Shown here: piece by piece, positions 28,959-38,130 of the stretch
Position numbering within the stretch: the stretch's first letter is position 1
Layout of the letters: each line of letters starts with the position of its first letter
Assembly (NCBI GenBank): GCA_965219025.1
Contig: OZ244716.1
Coordinates: 102,726 to 166,725 of the forward strand
DNA length: 64,000 nt
Direction of reading: 5' to 3'
From: Dehalococcoidia bacterium
GTDB taxonomy: Bacteria; Chloroflexota; Dehalococcoidia; Lucifugimonadales; UBA2985
Notes under the pieces: generated by a model
Seen by the model: only the letters and a program-made list of their open reading frames with translations
Database searches by the model: none
Told to the model about the DNA's origin: nothing
Program-made: the position numbers and the translations under genes

Positions 28959-30242
28959 TTGGGCCCGGCCCCCACACGCAAAGGCCTCTTCTATGGCTGG
29001 TGGGTAGTCATAGCTTGTTGGACCTTCACCCTCTACGGCTCCGGAATCTTCTTCTACGGCTTCAGCGTATTCTTTCAGCCCATTGTCACCGAGTTCGGCT
29101 GGTCGCGCGCCGTCACCTCCGGCGCGTTCGCCCTATCGCAGGCGGAGGGCTTCATCGAAGGCCCCATCATCGGCCCGCTAGTGGACAAGTACGGGCCGCG
29201 CAAGCTCATGCTGATCGGCATCACCATGGTGTCCATCGGCTTCGTAGCCCTCAGCCTCATAGACGGTCTGCTCGCCTTCTACGTTGTATACGTGCTGCTG
29301 CTGGCCGTGGGGTTCAACACCGGATTCTTCATCGCGGCGCAGGCCGCCGTGGGCAACTGGTTCATCCGGCGACGTTCCTTCGCCCTGGGTCTGCTGACCA
29401 CCGCATTCGGTTTTGGCGGAGCGGTGATGGTACCGATCATCGCCTGGCTGGTGTCGGAGTATGGCTGGCGAAGCGCGGCCTTCTCCTTGGGCATCGGCAT
29501 GGCGATCATCGGCCTGCCCATGGCCGTGCTCGTCCGCCACAAGCCGGAGCAGTACGGCTACCTGCCCGACGGCAGGGTCGAGGCTCCCGCTCTCGCGGAC
29601 GCTGCCGGAACCCGGACAAGCGCGCGGGTCACGTCAGACGTCGACGAGATCGACTTCACCATCTGGGAGGCGCTCAAAACGTCCGCGTTCTGGATCCTGT
29701 CCCTGGCCTTCGGGTTCCGAACGCTGGCAATCTCTGCAACGGTGATCCACCAGATACCGCTCCTCACGGACCGCGGGTTCTCAGCGACCGCGGCCGCCGG
29801 TGTGCTCGCCCTCATGAGCCTGATGAGCGTACCAGGCAGGCTGATCTTCGGCTTTCTGGGAGACTACTTCGACAAGCGAATTCTTGTCTCGATAGCCTAT
29901 CTCCTACAGGGCGTTGGGCTTGTGATTTTGCTCAACGCCACGCGCCTGGAGCACCTGTACCTGTTCACGCTGGTATTCGGCCTCGGTTGGGGCGCTCCAA
30001 CCGTGCTGGTGGCCCTGCGCGGCGACTACTTCGGGAGGCGATACTTCGCCACAATTGCGGGCGTGCAGCAGTCGGTCGTTGCCATCGGCACCATCATCGG
30101 CCCGGTGTATGCCGGCTGGATCTTCGATACGACTCGCAGCTACGATGCGGCGTTCATCACCTTCATCGTGGCCATAGTGATTGGCGCGGTACTCGTCCTC
30201 TTCGCACGGCAACCCAAGCCGCCCCCTCGCCTCGCCGCTTGA
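28959..30242 (+). CDS. MFS transporter (OFA-like)
   Basis: FYGWWVV, GPLVDKYGPRK, GFLGDYFDKR, about 12 TMs; true start may be ATC at 28950. Confidence 0.93.
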   Translation: MGPAPTRKGLFYGWWVVIACWTFTLYGSGIFFYGFSVFFQPIVTEFGWSRAVTSGAFALSQAEGFIEGPIIGPLVDKYGPRKLMLIGITMVSIGFVALSLIDGLLAFYVVYVLLLAVGFNTGFFIAAQAAVGNWFIRRRSFALGLLTTAFGFGGAVMVPIIAWLVSEYGWRSAAFSLGIGMAIIGLPMAVLVRHKPEQYGYLPDGRVEAPALADAAGTRTSARVTSDVDEIDFTIWEALKTSAFWILSLAFGFRTLAISATVIHQIPLLTDRGFSATAAAGVLALMSLMSVPGRLIFGFLGDYFDKRILVSIAYLLQGVGLVILLNATRLEHLYLFTLVFGLGWGAPTVLVALRGDYFGRRYFATIAGVQQSVVAIGTIIGPVYAGWIFDTTRSYDAAFITFIVAIVIGAVLVLFARQPKPPPRLAA

Positions 30243-30373
30243 CCTTATGTCTGCGCGGGCATATCATGCCACTGTCACCAGCCAAATTACCTTCCCTCCA
30301 ACTGCGAAGGAAGGCCGGAAGGGGGGCCACGGCCCCCACCTGATACCCACAGGGCCACTCAGGAGGTGTAACC

Positions 30374-30787
30374 TTGGAAAGACCAGTTCCCGTACCAGAC
30401 GAGGTCAGCGCGCCCTTTTGGAGCGCCTGCAACGAGGAGCGCCTGGTGGTGCAGAGCTGCACCGCCTGCGAGAGGCTGCAGTATCCGCCGGCCGGGGCCT
30501 GCACGGAGTGCGGCTCCGCAGAAAGCCTGTCTTGGCGCGAGGTGAGCGGCCGCGGCACCATCAACGGCTACATCGTGATCCACGACTCCCGGCTCAGGGT
30601 GTGGGTGCCTGTGCAGCCTTACAACGTGGCCGTCGTGCAGCTCGAAGAGGACCCCGCAGTGAACTTCTTCTCCAACGTGCCTGGCACGCCTGCCGACCAG
30701 GTTCCCGTAGGGTCGAATGTCGAGGTGGAGTTCGTGAACGTCAGCGAGAGCCAGAAGATCCCCGAGTGGCGGGTGGTGGAAGGCTGA
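30374..30787 (+). CDS. Zn-ribbon + OB-fold protein (DUF35/ChsH2-C/BbsA-like)
   Basis: PVPDEVSAPFW, CTAC...CTECGS, SGRGTI, PYNVAVVQLEE. Confidence 0.92.
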   Translation: MERPVPVPDEVSAPFWSACNEERLVVQSCTACERLQYPPAGACTECGSAESLSWREVSGRGTINGYIVIHDSRLRVWVPVQPYNVAVVQLEEDPAVNFFSNVPGTPADQVPVGSNVEVEFVNVSESQKIPEWRVVEG

Positions 30788-30833
30788 GTCGCAGGCCTGG
30801 ACAGGGACACGACATAGTAAGGAGGGCTGAACC

Positions 30834-32162
30834 ATGGTGACAACTCAGACACCGTCGGCATCGATGTACCGCTCGAGGGAGGGACTCGGCGTATGGGAGC
30901 ATAAGGGCAAGGTGGCCGCCGTGGGCATCGGCCACTCCCCCACCGCCCGGCGTTGGGACGAGCGCGTGGAGTCCAGCATAGGCACGTGGGCCATCATGGC
31001 GCTGCGAAACGCCATGGAGGACGCCGGCGTCACGCCTGACCAGGTCGACGGCATGGTCGTAGTGCCCGCCGCTACCACGGGCGACCGCTGGTATCCGACC
31101 CATCCCGTGCCGGAGGACTTCGCAAGCTCCTACGAGCTAACCGACAACCTCAACGACGGCCTCAGCTCCATGAGCGTGGAGTGGCTCCTCAAGAACATGC
31201 CGGAACTGACCAACGTGAAGTTCGCCATGCACGCCCCATCCTGCATGTCCGACGCCGTTGTGGTGGCAGCGCAGGCCGTCGGCGACGGCCTCACCAACAC
31301 CTGCCTGGTCCTGAAGTCCTGGAACAACCTCTCCGGCCGCTACGGCCACGAGTCCGGCAACAACGCCCTGGACATTGCTCCGGGGGCCTCTCAGTGGACC
31401 AACCCCTGGGGCTTCGGCGCGGCGGCATCCACGTTCGCATACCTCTTCGACCAGTACTGCCGCAAGTACGGCAAGAGCCACGATATGATGGCCCCCTTTG
31501 TGGTCAACGAGAAGCGCAACGGCCTGATGTTCCCGGAGGGCTTCTGGGCACAGCATCGGCCCGAGCCGCTGACCATCGAGGACTACCTGGCCGCTCGCTG
31601 GGTCGCCAAGCCCGCGAACCTCTTCGATTGCGACCTGCCGATCCAGGTGGCCTGCGCATACCTGTTCACCACCGCGGAGCGCGCAAAGGACATGAAGCAG
31701 AAGCCCGTCTACATTCTCAATCACTCATCCGACCGGACACACGTGAAGAGCACCATACAGACGCTGGACGAGTGCGAGGCCGCTACGGACAGCGTGGGCC
31801 GCAAGCTCTACGAGGGCGCAGGCATAGGCCCCAGCGACCTGTCGTTCGAGAACATGTACGACGGCTACACGCTGTTCCACCAATTCCACATCGAGGGGCT
31901 GCGGTTTGCCGGTATCGAGCGCGGCGAGGCCCTTGACCTCTACGCGACGGACATCACCATTGAGGGGCCCAACCCCGTCTCGCCGAGCGGTGGCAACGCC
32001 GGCAGCGGTCGCACCCGCACGTGGATGCACACGGACAGCATCCAGCAGCTGCAGGGGCGAGCGGGCCCGAGGCAGATACGGCGCCCCGCGGAGATCGGCG
32101 TATCCGGCGGCCCAACGACCACCGGCGGCAACTTCACCGTGTGGAGCTCCACACCGGGGTAG
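30834..32162 (+). CDS. Divergent thiolase-fold protein (SCP2-thiolase/Ltp2-like)
   Basis: VAAVGIG, ALRNAMEDAGVTPDQVDG, NLFDCDLP, KPVYIL, MYDGYT, PSGG, QQLQGRAGPRQI. Confidence 0.85.
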   Translation: MVTTQTPSASMYRSREGLGVWEHKGKVAAVGIGHSPTARRWDERVESSIGTWAIMALRNAMEDAGVTPDQVDGMVVVPAATTGDRWYPTHPVPEDFASSYELTDNLNDGLSSMSVEWLLKNMPELTNVKFAMHAPSCMSDAVVVAAQAVGDGLTNTCLVLKSWNNLSGRYGHESGNNALDIAPGASQWTNPWGFGAAASTFAYLFDQYCRKYGKSHDMMAPFVVNEKRNGLMFPEGFWAQHRPEPLTIEDYLAARWVAKPANLFDCDLPIQVACAYLFTTAERAKDMKQKPVYILNHSSDRTHVKSTIQTLDECEAATDSVGRKLYEGAGIGPSDLSFENMYDGYTLFHQFHIEGLRFAGIERGEALDLYATDITIEGPNPVSPSGGNAGSGRTRTWMHTDSIQQLQGRAGPRQIRRPAEIGVSGGPTTTGGNFTVWSSTPG

Positions 32163-32259
32163 GCGTCGCGGCTGCCCGCGGCCCATCACTCCAAGTTCGG
32201 CTGTCGCTCATGGCGAGCTTGCCGGATCATTCGAGCGACTAGACTGCAATTGGACCTGA

Positions 32260-32298
32260 CCCCGCTCATCCTGAGCTTGTCGAAGGAAATGGGCGGGG
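32260..32298. repeat. REP-like hairpin with TGAGCTTGTCGAA core
   Basis: CCCCGCTCAT-CCTGAGCTTGTCGAAGG-AA-ATGGGCGGGG; inverse of the core at 12165-12211. Confidence 0.72.
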
Positions 32299-32319
32299 TT
32301 TGCAAGGAGGTCAATGGGA

Positions 32320-33273
32320 ATGGTAGCGCTTGGTAGCGAGGCGCCGAATGAATTCAGCGGGAGAGGCGGCCGGGGGAGAGCGGTCCTAAGGATCATCCAT
32401 GCGGTGATGGCGTTGCCCGGTGCCCGGGTTGACCGTGCCGAGTTCCTAATGTCGCAACTTCACGTTCACTTCAATGAGGAACAGGTCAGGAAAGCAATCG
32501 AGTCTGGGCCTGGCTCCGCAGGCATACCCCTAGACGAGATTGACTCCATTGCCGATTCGGTTATCGGTTCTCATGTGGTGAGAGCGGCGGGCATTTCCTT
32601 CGCATCTGGACTGCCAGGCGGGTGGTTCATGGCGGCGACAATTCCCGCCGATGCTGTCCAGTTCTTCTGGCACGCGACCGTGCTTGCCCAGAAGTTGGCA
32701 TACTTATACGGATGGCCTGACTTCCTTGAGGAAGGCGACCTGGATGAGGAGACCGAGCTTCGCATCGCGTTGCTGCTTGGCGCGATGATGGGAGCAGCGA
32801 CAGCAAACGAGGTCTTGGCAGAAGTTGCCAAGCGTTTCGCCGGAGAGGCAACCCGCCGTATTCCACGGTATGCCCTCACGCAAACCGCGTACTACCCGTT
32901 GGTTAAGTCTGTGCTCAGGTGGGTCGGCGTTAGGGTCACTAAACAGTCCTTTGCGAAAGGCCTGTCCAAGGCAATACCTATCTTGGGAGGCGTGCTTTCT
33001 GCAGGTGTAACTGCTGTCACACTGCTCCCGATGGCTAGGCACCTGAAGAACCATCTCCGAACCTTGAAGTATGCGCAACTTGCGCTGGATGAGGGTACAC
33101 CCAATCAGGAAGATGCAGACAATGAGGCCTCAGAGCTTGTTGAAGACCCTGACGAATTGGAGTTAAGGGAAGAGTTCTCCGAAGAGTTGAGGGCTTCACT
33201 GGAAGCGGTGGCCAGCGGTAACCCAACCCTTCCCGCCAATCAGGTAGCCCAAAATCAAGGGCTATCTTGGTGA
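32320..33273 (+). CDS. EcsC-like protein with C-terminal antitoxin-like extension
   Basis: LPGARVDRAEFL, GLPGGWFMAATIPAD, QKLAYLYGWPD, KAIPILGGVLS; acidic tail DPDELELREEFSEELRASLEAVASG...VAQNQGLSW; SD AAGGAGG. Confidence 0.8.
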   Translation: MVALGSEAPNEFSGRGGRGRAVLRIIHAVMALPGARVDRAEFLMSQLHVHFNEEQVRKAIESGPGSAGIPLDEIDSIADSVIGSHVVRAAGISFASGLPGGWFMAATIPADAVQFFWHATVLAQKLAYLYGWPDFLEEGDLDEETELRIALLLGAMMGAATANEVLAEVAKRFAGEATRRIPRYALTQTAYYPLVKSVLRWVGVRVTKQSFAKGLSKAIPILGGVLSAGVTAVTLLPMARHLKNHLRTLKYAQLALDEGTPNQEDADNEASELVEDPDELELREEFSEELRASLEAVASGNPTLPANQVAQNQGLSW

Positions 33274-33536
33274 TGTACGAGGTTGAGTTCACGCGTGCCG
33301 CAGATGACGACCTTTCTCGCCTGGACAGAAATATAGCGCAGCAGGCGCTCGACAGACTACACTGGCTGGCTGACAATGCCGAATCAGTGCAGCACAGGGA
33401 ATTGAGTGGGCCCTGGAGCGGGGTATTTAGATTGCGGATTGGCGACTTCCGGGCCCTATACAGCTACGACAGGGCCGAGCGTAAGATCATTGTTCATTTC
33501 ATAAGGCATCGCAGTGAGATTTACAGACTCCGCTAA
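33273..33536 (+). CDS. RelE/ParE-family toxin
   Basis: MYEVEFTRAADDDLSRLD, FRLRIGDFRALY, HRSEIY; TGATG overlap with the upstream gene. Confidence 0.93.
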   Translation: MYEVEFTRAADDDLSRLDRNIAQQALDRLHWLADNAESVQHRELSGPWSGVFRLRIGDFRALYSYDRAERKIIVHFIRHRSEIYRLR

Positions 33537-33698
33537 TGCCTGCCAACAACTCACCCGGACGGTCAATCGAATTCATCTCACCACAAACAATGCGCAATCA
33601 CGGGTGTGTATACATGCATTGCGTTCGATAGGAGCGCCAAAATACGGCATCGCCATGACACCCAACAGCCCTGAGCTCCCGTCCCCCCGCCTAGACCC

Positions 33699-34940
33699 TT
33701 GAACTCCAGCAGCCGTTCCCTCTGGCAGTTCGCCAGCGCGCGGGGGATGAGCCGCCGCCGCTTCCTGAGTCTCATGGTGGCGGGCGGCTCCGCTGCCGTG
33801 CTCGCCGCATGCCTCGGAACAGAGGTGCCAACGGCCATGCCCTCACCTACCGGAACGCCGACGACGCCCGCGGAGGGGCCCGCCAGCCCCTACTTCAAGG
33901 ACCCAGCGCCCTTCATCGAGCGCGACGGCAAGGGGCTGGAAGCCCGCCTTGAGAACATGCAGGGCCTCATAACTCCCAATCGCTACTTCTTCGTTCGCAA
34001 CAACTCAACGAGCATCGGGCTGGACGCCGCCGACTGGCGGCTCTCGGTGGAGGGAGACGCCGTGTCGGAGCCTTTGGAGCTGACGTACGAGGACATCCGC
34101 AGCCTGCCCAGCCGTACGCTGATCTCCTACCTGGAGTGCGCCGGCAACCACCGCGCCATGTTCAACCTTCTGAACAGTCGTGAGACCTCCGGCACCCAGT
34201 GGACGAGGGGCGCGATCAGCAACGGTGAGTGGCTGGGAGCGACGCTGCGAGACGTACTGACCCTCGCCGGCATCGACGACGGCGCTGTCAGTGCGATGCT
34301 CGTGGGGCTGGACACCGAGTCGCCGGAGGAGGGCTTTCGATACGTCCTGCCGATGGAGAAGGCGATGCACCCGGACACTCTGCTCGCCTACGCCCTCAAC
34401 GGCGAGACGATTCCCAAGGACCACGGCTACCCGCTGAGGGCGGTGGTCCCTGGCTGGGTAGGTAGCTCGCACATCAAGTGGCTGGGACGCATCGTAGTTT
34501 CAAGCGAGCAGCTGTGGACGCGAAACAACACCACGTCCTACACGCTCATCGGCGACGAATATGCACCGGAGGGTGAGTCGATGGGCAAGCCGGTAACGGA
34601 GCAGGTCATCAAGAGCGCGCTGGCCTTGCCCTGGCCCGCGGAGCTTGCGGCCGGTCAGCGCCGCATCCACGGCTACGCCCACTCGCCCGGCGGTCCGATC
34701 TCACTCGTAGAGTGGAGCGCCGACTCCGGGCTGACTTGGCGCGCCGCAGAGCTGTCAGGCGGCCAGCCGGACTACTCATGGGCGCGGTTCGAGTTCGTGT
34801 GGGACGCGGCGCCGGGAGAGCACACGATCACGACTCGGGCCACTGACACGGCGGGCAACACGCAGGCTGACCACGTCCCCTACAACGAGAAGGGCTACCT
34901 GTTCAACCAACCTCTGCCCCACCCTGTACGAGTGGCGTAG
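33699..34940 (+). CDS. Sulfite oxidase-family molybdoenzyme, Tat lipoprotein
   Basis: SRRRFL Tat motif, LAAC lipobox, FFVRNN, ECAGN (Mo-ligating Cys), DHGYPLRAVVPGW, IKWL; start uncertain. Confidence 0.93.
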   Translation: MNSSSRSLWQFASARGMSRRRFLSLMVAGGSAAVLAACLGTEVPTAMPSPTGTPTTPAEGPASPYFKDPAPFIERDGKGLEARLENMQGLITPNRYFFVRNNSTSIGLDAADWRLSVEGDAVSEPLELTYEDIRSLPSRTLISYLECAGNHRAMFNLLNSRETSGTQWTRGAISNGEWLGATLRDVLTLAGIDDGAVSAMLVGLDTESPEEGFRYVLPMEKAMHPDTLLAYALNGETIPKDHGYPLRAVVPGWVGSSHIKWLGRIVVSSEQLWTRNNTTSYTLIGDEYAPEGESMGKPVTEQVIKSALALPWPAELAAGQRRIHGYAHSPGGPISLVEWSADSGLTWRAAELSGGQPDYSWARFEFVWDAAPGEHTITTRATDTAGNTQADHVPYNEKGYLFNQPLPHPVRVA

Positions 34941-35072
34941 GCCTCAAGCAGTGCTTGTCAGGAACCGGACGATGCCTGTAGAGCTCGATCAGATAGTTGA
35001 TCGGTGACTCCCTTGGCTGCCACGTCACCGGGGGGGGACGCGCTGGAACAGCCGCGGTCAATCCCGATCGCG

Positions 35073-35443
35073 CTAGTTCTCCGCAGCTTCCTTCCAGAGG
35101 CTGCGGCCGGTGACGGCCAAGACGATGGGCACCAATGTGTCCACTACCGCCCAGATGACCCAAGCTTGATCGTAACGCCCACCGTGAGGTAGTAGGCAGC
35201 GTTAACGTCAAGATAGCGGCGCGTGACGCCACCGCCTGGGTCGCCGTCGCATTCCCTTCGCTTGCGGGTGTAGTTGTAGGGCAGCGCAATGGTAAGTCCG
35301 ATGAACATCAGGACATCCAGCACGTACCAAACATCCAGCACTTCGATCGAATCTGCGAGGGACGAGCTGACAACGAAGAACACCGCCACTGCGACTGCCA
35401 CGCCTATCAGATAGATGGCGCCCAGCTTCTTCAGTCCTGCCAA
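35073..35443 (-). pseudogene. Membrane protein pseudogene (frameshift or internal deletion near 35165)
   Basis: Hydrophobic ORF breaks after YLTVGVTI; another frame continues WVIWAVVDTLVPIVLAVTGRSLWKEAAEN*. Confidence 0.65.
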
Positions 35444-35457
35444 GGGTCTCTCCTACT

Positions 35458-35829
35458 TCAGACGCCCTCCAGTGCTCCCTGTCCAACCTCAGGTTCAGGC
35501 TGAGCAGCTTCCCGTTCAAGTGTTTCCTTTATCCAGCTGTTGATGCTCACGCCACCCTGCGCCGCAAGCGCGGCAACGCGGGAGTGAAGCTCGGGTCCGA
35601 GTCGCACGTTCAGCTTACCGGAGAAGGGCGGCTGCGGGTGAATACCTCTCTCTTCACAAACTGCCAGATACTCGTCAACCGACCTATGAAATTCCCTTCG
35701 GAGCGTATCCACGTCGGCAGCCTCGCAATTCGCGACGGGGTAGCCCCCGCTGCTGACCACGCTCCCATGGAGTAGTCGAACGGAATCGTCGTACTCTACC
35801 CTGGCGATGTATCCCTTATACTGCATCAC
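35458..35829 (-). CDS. hicB: HicB-family antitoxin
   Basis: MQYKGYIARVEYD, FHRSVDEYL, PFSGKLNVRLGPELH...SINSWI (RHH). Confidence 0.93.
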   Translation of the reverse strand: MMQYKGYIARVEYDDSVRLLHGSVVSSGGYPVANCEAADVDTLRREFHRSVDEYLAVCEERGIHPQPPFSGKLNVRLGPELHSRVAALAAQGGVSINSWIKETLEREAAQPEPEVGQGALEGV

Positions 35830-36086
35830 GGCGTAACTCCCAATAGCGTGAGGAATCTCATAATATTTCTTGCTGTTGATCTGGACGTTTCGGGCTGCGG
35901 ATGGGGCCGATGAACCACGTACACCCTTCCACCGCCTACCAGGGCAACACGGGAGCCGCCTCTCTCCTCAACCTCCACTCCTACCGCATGCAACAGTGAC
36001 TCAATCTCTGACCACCTGATGTCAGAAGGCGTTGGCCTTGCGAATATGCGCTCCAGGGTCCGGCGATGCCTTGCCCTCAGTTCCAT
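35826..36086 (-). CDS. hicA: HicA-family toxin
   Basis: RTLERIFARPT..IRWSEIESLL, GSRV, HRPHP; GTGA overlap with hicB. Confidence 0.93.
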   Translation of the reverse strand: MELRARHRRTLERIFARPTPSDIRWSEIESLLHAVGVEVEERGGSRVALVGGGRVYVVHRPHPQPETSRSTARNIMRFLTLLGVTP

Positions 36087-36089
36087 ATA

Positions 36090-36106
36090 GTACTACCTTG
36101 CAGTAC
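36090..36106. promoter_or_regulatory. Putative HicB operator, immediately upstream of hicA (no SD)
   Basis: GTACTAC-CTT-GCAGTAC imperfect palindrome; TTGATT on the - strand at 36116-36111. Confidence 0.5.
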
Positions 36107-36264
36107 CACCAATCAAGCCCCCAGTCGGCTTGGGAACTCGCCGGACTAGTGAGCGGCTTTCGGCGAAAGAGGAACATCCGGGGCGACTTCGGTGTTTGAA
36201 GAAGCGCACAAGTCGTTGATTTCGCGGGGGCTGCTAAAGTTGGAGGCAGCTTCCAAGGCCCCCG

Positions 36265-37398
36265 CTACCACTGCACGAACATGGGCATGACCACGTGCAC
36301 GTAGTCCTCGCCGCCAAGCGGCTTCAGCACACCAGGGCTCGAAGGCGTCGTCGTTTCCAGCGCTATGTTCTCCCCGTCCAGGTTTGACAGCACCTCCGTC
36401 AGGTAGCGGCTGCTGAAGGCGATCTTCGCCTCCGTCCCCTCGACGTTGGCGTCTATCTCGCCGGTGTTGTCCCCCGTCTCCTCCGCGCTGGAGGTAACCA
36501 CCATCTTACCCCTCATGCCATCTTCGCCGGGCGCCATGTTCAGCCGGATGATCCCTCCGCCGTCCCTGGCGAAGATCGAGGCCGCACGTGCGGCGCGCGA
36601 GAACTCATGCAGGTTCATCACCGCCGTGGTGTTTGCGCTCTGCGGTATCAGCTGGGCGTAGTTGGGGAACGAGCCCTGCACCAGCTGCGACACGATTTCG
36701 ATGTTCTTGATGTGGACCAGGAGCTGGCTCTTGGAGGGCGTGATGACGACCTCTACCGGCTCGTCCTGGTCGGCCAGCAGGCGCTGAATCTCCTGCAGCG
36801 TCCGCGCCGGCACGATCGCCTCCGTGTCCTCGGGCGCAGGCTCCAGGAGCGACCCCTTGTACACTGCAAGCCTGAATCCGTCCGCACCCGCGAGTGTGAA
36901 CTGCTGCCCAGAGATCTCGACCTTCACGCCCGTGAGCACAGGCCTCGCCTCCTCCGTCGCGGCCGCAAAGGCCACTCGGCTAATGGCCGTCCTCAGCAAG
37001 TGCGGCTCCACGCGGGCGGTCATGCCCTCCTCCACCGTCGGAATCGGCGGAAACTCCTCCGCTGCGGTGCCGTTGATGTTCGCCTGAAAGCGGCCGCACT
37101 TGAAGCGGATCCCCAGCGGCCTGGTGGTCATCTCCATCTCGACGCGGTCCGGCGGAAGCGAGTTTACGAAGTCCGTCAGGAGCCTTGCTGGAATGGTCAC
37201 CGAGCCTTCCTCGTGTACCTCGCCGCCCACCCACGTGGTGACCGCGAGCTCCAGGTTGGTAGCCGAGAGCTTCAGCCTGCCCTGGTCTGTCTCTATGAGG
37301 ACGTTCTGAGTGATGGGCAGAGTTGTACGCGTCGCAACCGCCCGCCCCACGAGCGCCAGACCCCGACTGAGGTTTTCCTGAAGGCACGTGAAACGCAT
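36265..37398 (-). CDS. dnaN: DNA polymerase III beta sliding clamp
   Basis: SATNLEL, EEFPPIP, RPVLTGV, DGFRLA, GSFPNY, HVVMPM motifs. Confidence 0.97.
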   Translation of the reverse strand: MRFTCLQENLSRGLALVGRAVATRTTLPITQNVLIETDQGRLKLSATNLELAVTTWVGGEVHEEGSVTIPARLLTDFVNSLPPDRVEMEMTTRPLGIRFKCGRFQANINGTAAEEFPPIPTVEEGMTARVEPHLLRTAISRVAFAAATEEARPVLTGVKVEISGQQFTLAGADGFRLAVYKGSLLEPAPEDTEAIVPARTLQEIQRLLADQDEPVEVVITPSKSQLLVHIKNIEIVSQLVQGSFPNYAQLIPQSANTTAVMNLHEFSRAARAASIFARDGGGIIRLNMAPGEDGMRGKMVVTSSAEETGDNTGEIDANVEGTEAKIAFSSRYLTEVLSNLDGENIALETTTPSSPGVLKPLGGEDYVHVVMPMFVQW

Positions 37399-37473
37399 TT
37401 GCACTTCCTTGGGATTGGATTGAACGGTAGTATAGGGCGGCCCCGATGCATCGTCAACAGAACTCACGCTTCG

Positions 37474-38130
37474 CTATTGCAACAGCGTCTCGATGTCCGC
37501 CACCACGCGCTCCGCGTCCCAGTCCTCCGTGTTGTACAGTGCCCGCACCACACCGGCGCGGTCCGCCAGGACCATGCGGGTCGAGTGGAGCACATTGTAC
37601 TCGTGTAGGTGGACAGTGCCGTCGGTGTGGACGTGCCGGTTGGACTGGTCAATTCGGTTGTATCCCAGCTTTAGCCCGTCCGTGATGACCGCTCGGACGT
37701 CCTCTGGGTTGCCGGTGAGAAACCGCCACGACTCGTGGTCAGCACCGTAGCCGTCGGCATACGCCCGCAGTGCCTCCGGCGTGTCCTGCTCCGGGTCGAC
37801 GGTGATCGATAGCAACACGACCCGGCTTCCCAAAAGCCCATCTACTCCGAGCTGCGACTGCACCTCAGCCATGCGGGGCGTGAGTACGGGGCAAAGCAGA
37901 GTGCAGTTTATGAACACGAAGTTCGCCAACATGACCTTGCCTTCCAGCGACGAGCTTGAGAATTCTCGGCCAAGTTGGTCGGTTAGCGTGAAGGCAGGCA
38001 CATCGAAGTACTCAGGCAGTTCAGCCGGTTCCTGAGAGCCACACGCGGCCGCTCCCAGTAGGAGCATCAGCGCCGCCGCGACGATCCCGTACCGGAATCC
38101 ACGCGCGCCGCGCAACCATTGCGCGCTCAT
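37474..38130 (-). CDS. SCO family copper chaperone lipoprotein
   Basis: AAAC lipobox, FTLTDQ, CTLLCP (CxxxC), SITVDPEQDTPE, LHS. Confidence 0.94.
   Translation of the reverse strand: MSAQWLRGARGFRYGIVAAALMLLLGAAACGSQEPAELPEYFDVPAFTLTDQLGREFSSSSLEGKVMLANFVFINCTLLCPVLTPRMAEVQSQLGVDGLLGSRVVLLSITVDPEQDTPEALRAYADGYGADHESWRFLTGNPEDVRAVITDGLKLGYNRIDQSNRHVHTDGTVHLHEYNVLHSTRMVLADRAGVVRALYNTEDWDAERVVADIETLLQ

Noticed and set aside
28880-30343. 487-aa Arg-rich ORF overlapping the MFS gene
   Set aside because: Alternative-frame artefact; the MFS frame carries the family motifs.
12317-32162. Complete anaerobic toluene (bss/bbs) pathway
   Set aside because: Only BbsEF-like and BbsAB-like folds are present; no benzylsuccinate synthase or BbsCD/G/H equivalents, and these families are broad.
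33655-33702. Frameshifted N-terminus of the sulfite oxidase (MTPNSPELPSPRLDP*)
   Set aside because: Cannot be distinguished from a chance upstream ORF without homologs; the Tat signal is intact in the main frame.
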